From contig CAVWTZ010000123.1 of assembly GCA_963757485.1 (NCBI GenBank), positions 2,051-66,050 on the forward strand: 64,000 bases of DNA. Direction: 5' to 3'. The notes under the pieces are model-generated. The model saw only the letters and a list, made by a program, of their open reading frames with translations, was not told the origin of the DNA and did not search any database. Shown piece by piece: positions 61,565 to 64,000 of this stretch (position 1 is the first letter of the stretch; every line of letters starts with the position of its first letter). The position numbers and the translations under genes are program-made. The stretch is from an uncultured beta proteobacterium (lineage in GTDB: Bacteria; Pseudomonadota; Gammaproteobacteria; Burkholderiales; Gallionellaceae).

Positions 61565-62581
61565 ATGAAGAAGTATATCGGAATTGATTTGCATTCGAAC
61601 AACAGTGTAGTGGTTGTAGCCGATGAAGAAGATCGAATTCTTTATCAAAAGCGTCTAGCAAATAATCTGAATGAAATACTGACGGCGCTTGCACCTCATC
61701 GAAATGAAACGGTTGGTGTAGTGGTCGAATCGACCTACAACTGGTATTGGTTAATTGATGGCTTGATGGATGCGGGGTATCAGGCGCACTTGGCACACCC
61801 ATCAGCGATGAAGAAATATGAAGGACTGAAGTACAGCGGAGATTTTGCCGATGCTGCCTATCTGGCGCATCTGCTTCGCCTGGGATTATTACCTGAGGGC
61901 TATATTTTCCCACGTGAATTGCGTGCCATACGAGATCTTGGGCGCAAGCGGATGCAACTGGTTCGCTGTCGAACGATGCAGATTCTATCCATCGAGAATA
62001 CTCTGGCGAGGGAAACCGGCGGACGAATGGATAAACGCCAAATCAAGGCAATGACGGCCGAAGGAATTGAGGCGTTAGGGTTGAAATCCGATGTGGCGTT
62101 GGCAATGGAGTCTAACCGGGTAGTCTGCCAAGCACTGCAACAACAGATAGTAGTGTTGGAGAAACGATTGGAAGAACAGGTCAAATTGCAGGCCGAATAC
62201 CAGTTGGTCAAGACAATACCGGGCATAGGACAGATACTGGCTACTACGATCATGCTCGAAACGGGGACAATTTCGCGCTTTGCTAATGTCGGGAACTTCA
62301 GTTCCTACTGTCGGTGTGTAGACAGTCTGCATGAAAGCAACGGCAAGAAGAAAGGCTCTGGTAACGCCAAGAACGGAAATAAATATCTGGCGTGGGCATT
62401 CTTGGAAGCGGCAAACTTTGCATTACGGTTTTGCCCGGAAGCGAAACGATTTTATGAGCGCAAGAAGAATCGTACCAATCGCGTCGTGGCGCTCAAGTCC
62501 GTTGCGCACAAACTGGCACGGGCATGTTATTACATTCTGCGAGAGCAGCAGCCTTTCGATGTGAAGAGATGTTTTGTTTAG
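61565..62581 (+). CDS. IS110-family DEDD transposase/recombinase
   Basis: 'GIDLH', 'VEST', 'DFADA', 'TIPGIG', 'ESNGK', 'KNGNKYLAWAF'. Confidence 0.95.
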   Translation: MKKYIGIDLHSNNSVVVVADEEDRILYQKRLANNLNEILTALAPHRNETVGVVVESTYNWYWLIDGLMDAGYQAHLAHPSAMKKYEGLKYSGDFADAAYLAHLLRLGLLPEGYIFPRELRAIRDLGRKRMQLVRCRTMQILSIENTLARETGGRMDKRQIKAMTAEGIEALGLKSDVALAMESNRVVCQALQQQIVVLEKRLEEQVKLQAEYQLVKTIPGIGQILATTIMLETGTISRFANVGNFSSYCRCVDSLHESNGKKKGSGNAKNGNKYLAWAFLEAANFALRFCPEAKRFYERKKNRTNRVVALKSVAHKLARACYYILREQQPFDVKRCFV

Positions 62582-62584
62582 AGT

Positions 62585-62850
62585 TTGGCCAAAGGCGATG
62601 AGCCAGGCACCGACACTGGAGTTACAACCACGGTAAATGATTGGACGCCGCCTTTGTGCCATCTGTTTTATGCAACACTGAATCGCCCAAGTCGTGAGCC
62701 ACTTTAGCACTGGAGTCGCTATAGCGATAGCCACGGAAATGTGAAACAACCCTTTGGACACGTCTCGGAACCAGCGTTTCTCTGGGGTGGCAAAAGCCAT
62801 CAGGGCCGTCGTAAAACATCACGACAAGCTTGATCTCGATGGGTGTGTGG
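62585..62850 (+). ncRNA. Putative bridge/seek RNA region of the IS110
   Basis: Hairpin-rich non-coding region with short matches to the reconstructed target (CGACAC, AAATG) and donor (ATCA, ATGGGTG); boundaries approximate. Confidence 0.55.
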
Positions 62851-63147
62851 TGCGATCTATTTCGCAACCAACTAAATGAGAAAACGGGTGCGGTTAAGTT
62901 TGCAGGAAACATAGTGGCATGGCTTTATGCTTCGTTGTAGAGCAACCAGATTGCGATGGTATTATTTTGCACTTGACTACCGGCCGACTAATGGGTGTGT
63001 GGTGCGATCTATTTCGCAACCAACTAAATGAGAAAACGGGTGCGGTTAAGTTTGCAGGAAACATAGTGGCATGGCTTTATGCTTCGTTGTAGAGCAACCA
63101 GATTGCGATGGTATTATTTTGCACTTGACTACCGGCCGACTAATGGG
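62839..63147 (+). repeat. Exact 152-bp tandem duplication of the IS110 right end
   Basis: 62839-62990 equals 62991-63142, followed by ATGGG. Confidence 0.95.
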
Positions 63148-63189
63148 CGTGTCGTGAGCTGCCCTTGTTCGGCGTCTGCTTTCAGGCAG

Positions 63190-63314
63190 TTGCCAGCGGT
63201 CCCACATCAGCGCCTTCTGGGTTTCCGTATAATAGATTCGTGGTCTTTGCTTTATCTGCAACGCTCCCTCTGCTTACGCAAATGCTAGTATGTTCATCGA
63301 ACGGTTGAGTCCGC
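63190..63314 (-). pseudogene. IS30-family remnant (left end and first ~22 transposase codons)
   Basis: 'KQRPRIYYTETQKALMWDRWQ' resembles the N-terminus of betaproteobacterial IS30 transposases. Confidence 0.7.
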
Positions 63315-63504
63315 AGTCGCTATGGTTCAGTCACGCTTGCACAATCGCCATCCGATACAGTAACCGCTTCCAACCACAAAACCAGGTTGCAAATATCCAA
63401 TTTCGTGTAGCGGGGATTGGTCGATGATAAATGCGTGCTTATCCAAAACTGACATCGATCATGTCTGCCTTCTAAAAAAAACCGGGTGAGCATTTCCTGA
63501 CTAC

Positions 63505-64000
63505 TTATTTGCTAGACTGAGCCACAAGTATTTCAGCGCATTTCACCCCGCTCATCACCGCGCCTTCCAGCGTGGCGGGATAATCGCCCGCCGTGTAGTC
63601 GCCCGCCAGCAGCAGGCGCGGCAGGGGCGTTTGTTGTGAAGGACGCTGCAGGTTGGGTGAGCAGCAGAACGTGGCGCGCTTTTCGGCGATGACCTTATAC
63701 CATTGCGGTTGATCTGCGATGCCGAATTCCTCGCGCAGTTCCGCGATCACTTTTTTTGCAAGCTCTTCCTGCGGCAATTCCTGGTGGATGCCCTCTGCGC
63801 TGATCACTGCGGCGAGCATGCCGTGCTGGCCGGCGATGCGTCCCTTGTCGAACAGCCACTGGCTGCAGCGCTGGTGCAGGGCGAGCATGGCATGCGGCAG
63901 CTTGATATGTTGGGGATATTGCAGATACACCGTGTAGATCGGCTGATATTCAAGGCGCTCGATCTGCGCGACGGTTTCCGCGGCAGCCGCGACAGGGCGC
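63505..64000 (-). CDS. hpnE: Hydroxysqualene dehydroxylase (FAD-dependent), C-terminal part
   Basis: 'QWLFDKG', 'VISA', 'EKRATF', 'LAGDYT..YPATLEGAV.SG'; continues past the window edge. Confidence 0.85.
   Translation of the reverse strand, partial: RPVAAAAETVAQIERLEYQPIYTVYLQYPQHIKLPHAMLALHQRCSQWLFDKGRIAGQHGMLAAVISAEGIHQELPQEELAKKVIAELREEFGIADQPQWYKVIAEKRATFCCSPNLQRPSQQTPLPRLLLAGDYTAGDYPATLEGAVMSGVKCAEILVAQSSK

Larger units (their letters stand above)
61477..63149 (+). mobile_element. IS110-family element with a long right non-coding end
   Basis: Transposase ORF; ends inferred because joining them builds TTGACT-N18-GATAAT and removing the element restores a target repeat. Confidence 0.75.

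Overview
Chromosomal window from a GC-rich betaproteobacterium (Gallionellaceae/Nitrosomonadales-like; inferred from gene content). It opens with the end of a serine-recombinase element beside tRNA-Ser(GGA), then the core gloB-yafS-rnhA-dnaQ block and a HI0933 flavoprotein. About 58 kb of accessory genes follow: a group II intron, lemA-TPM-TPM, an RNase Z-like enzyme, sulP, archease-rtcB-pncA-pncB, histidine and Ser/Thr kinases, polX-capA-rimK, CYTH-CHAD, a glycerol cluster and a FixLJ-like pair. The window ends with an IS110 element, an IS30 remnant and hpnE. The most unusual signals are non-coding. (1) A 792-bp element with terminal inverted repeats (33789-34580) carries ten ~31-nt conserved cores in five inverted pairs, each closed by its own different stem and mostly with GNA-triloop hairpins. 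(2) The IS110 right end contains readable bridge-RNA-like target and donor guides, and a 152-bp tandem duplication starts exactly at the donor guide. (3) The intron, two MITEs and the IS110 all sit in the same degenerate repeat family. (4) Four RPE-like palindromic elements are present, one in frame in dnaQ. All calls were made by eye, with no database searches.
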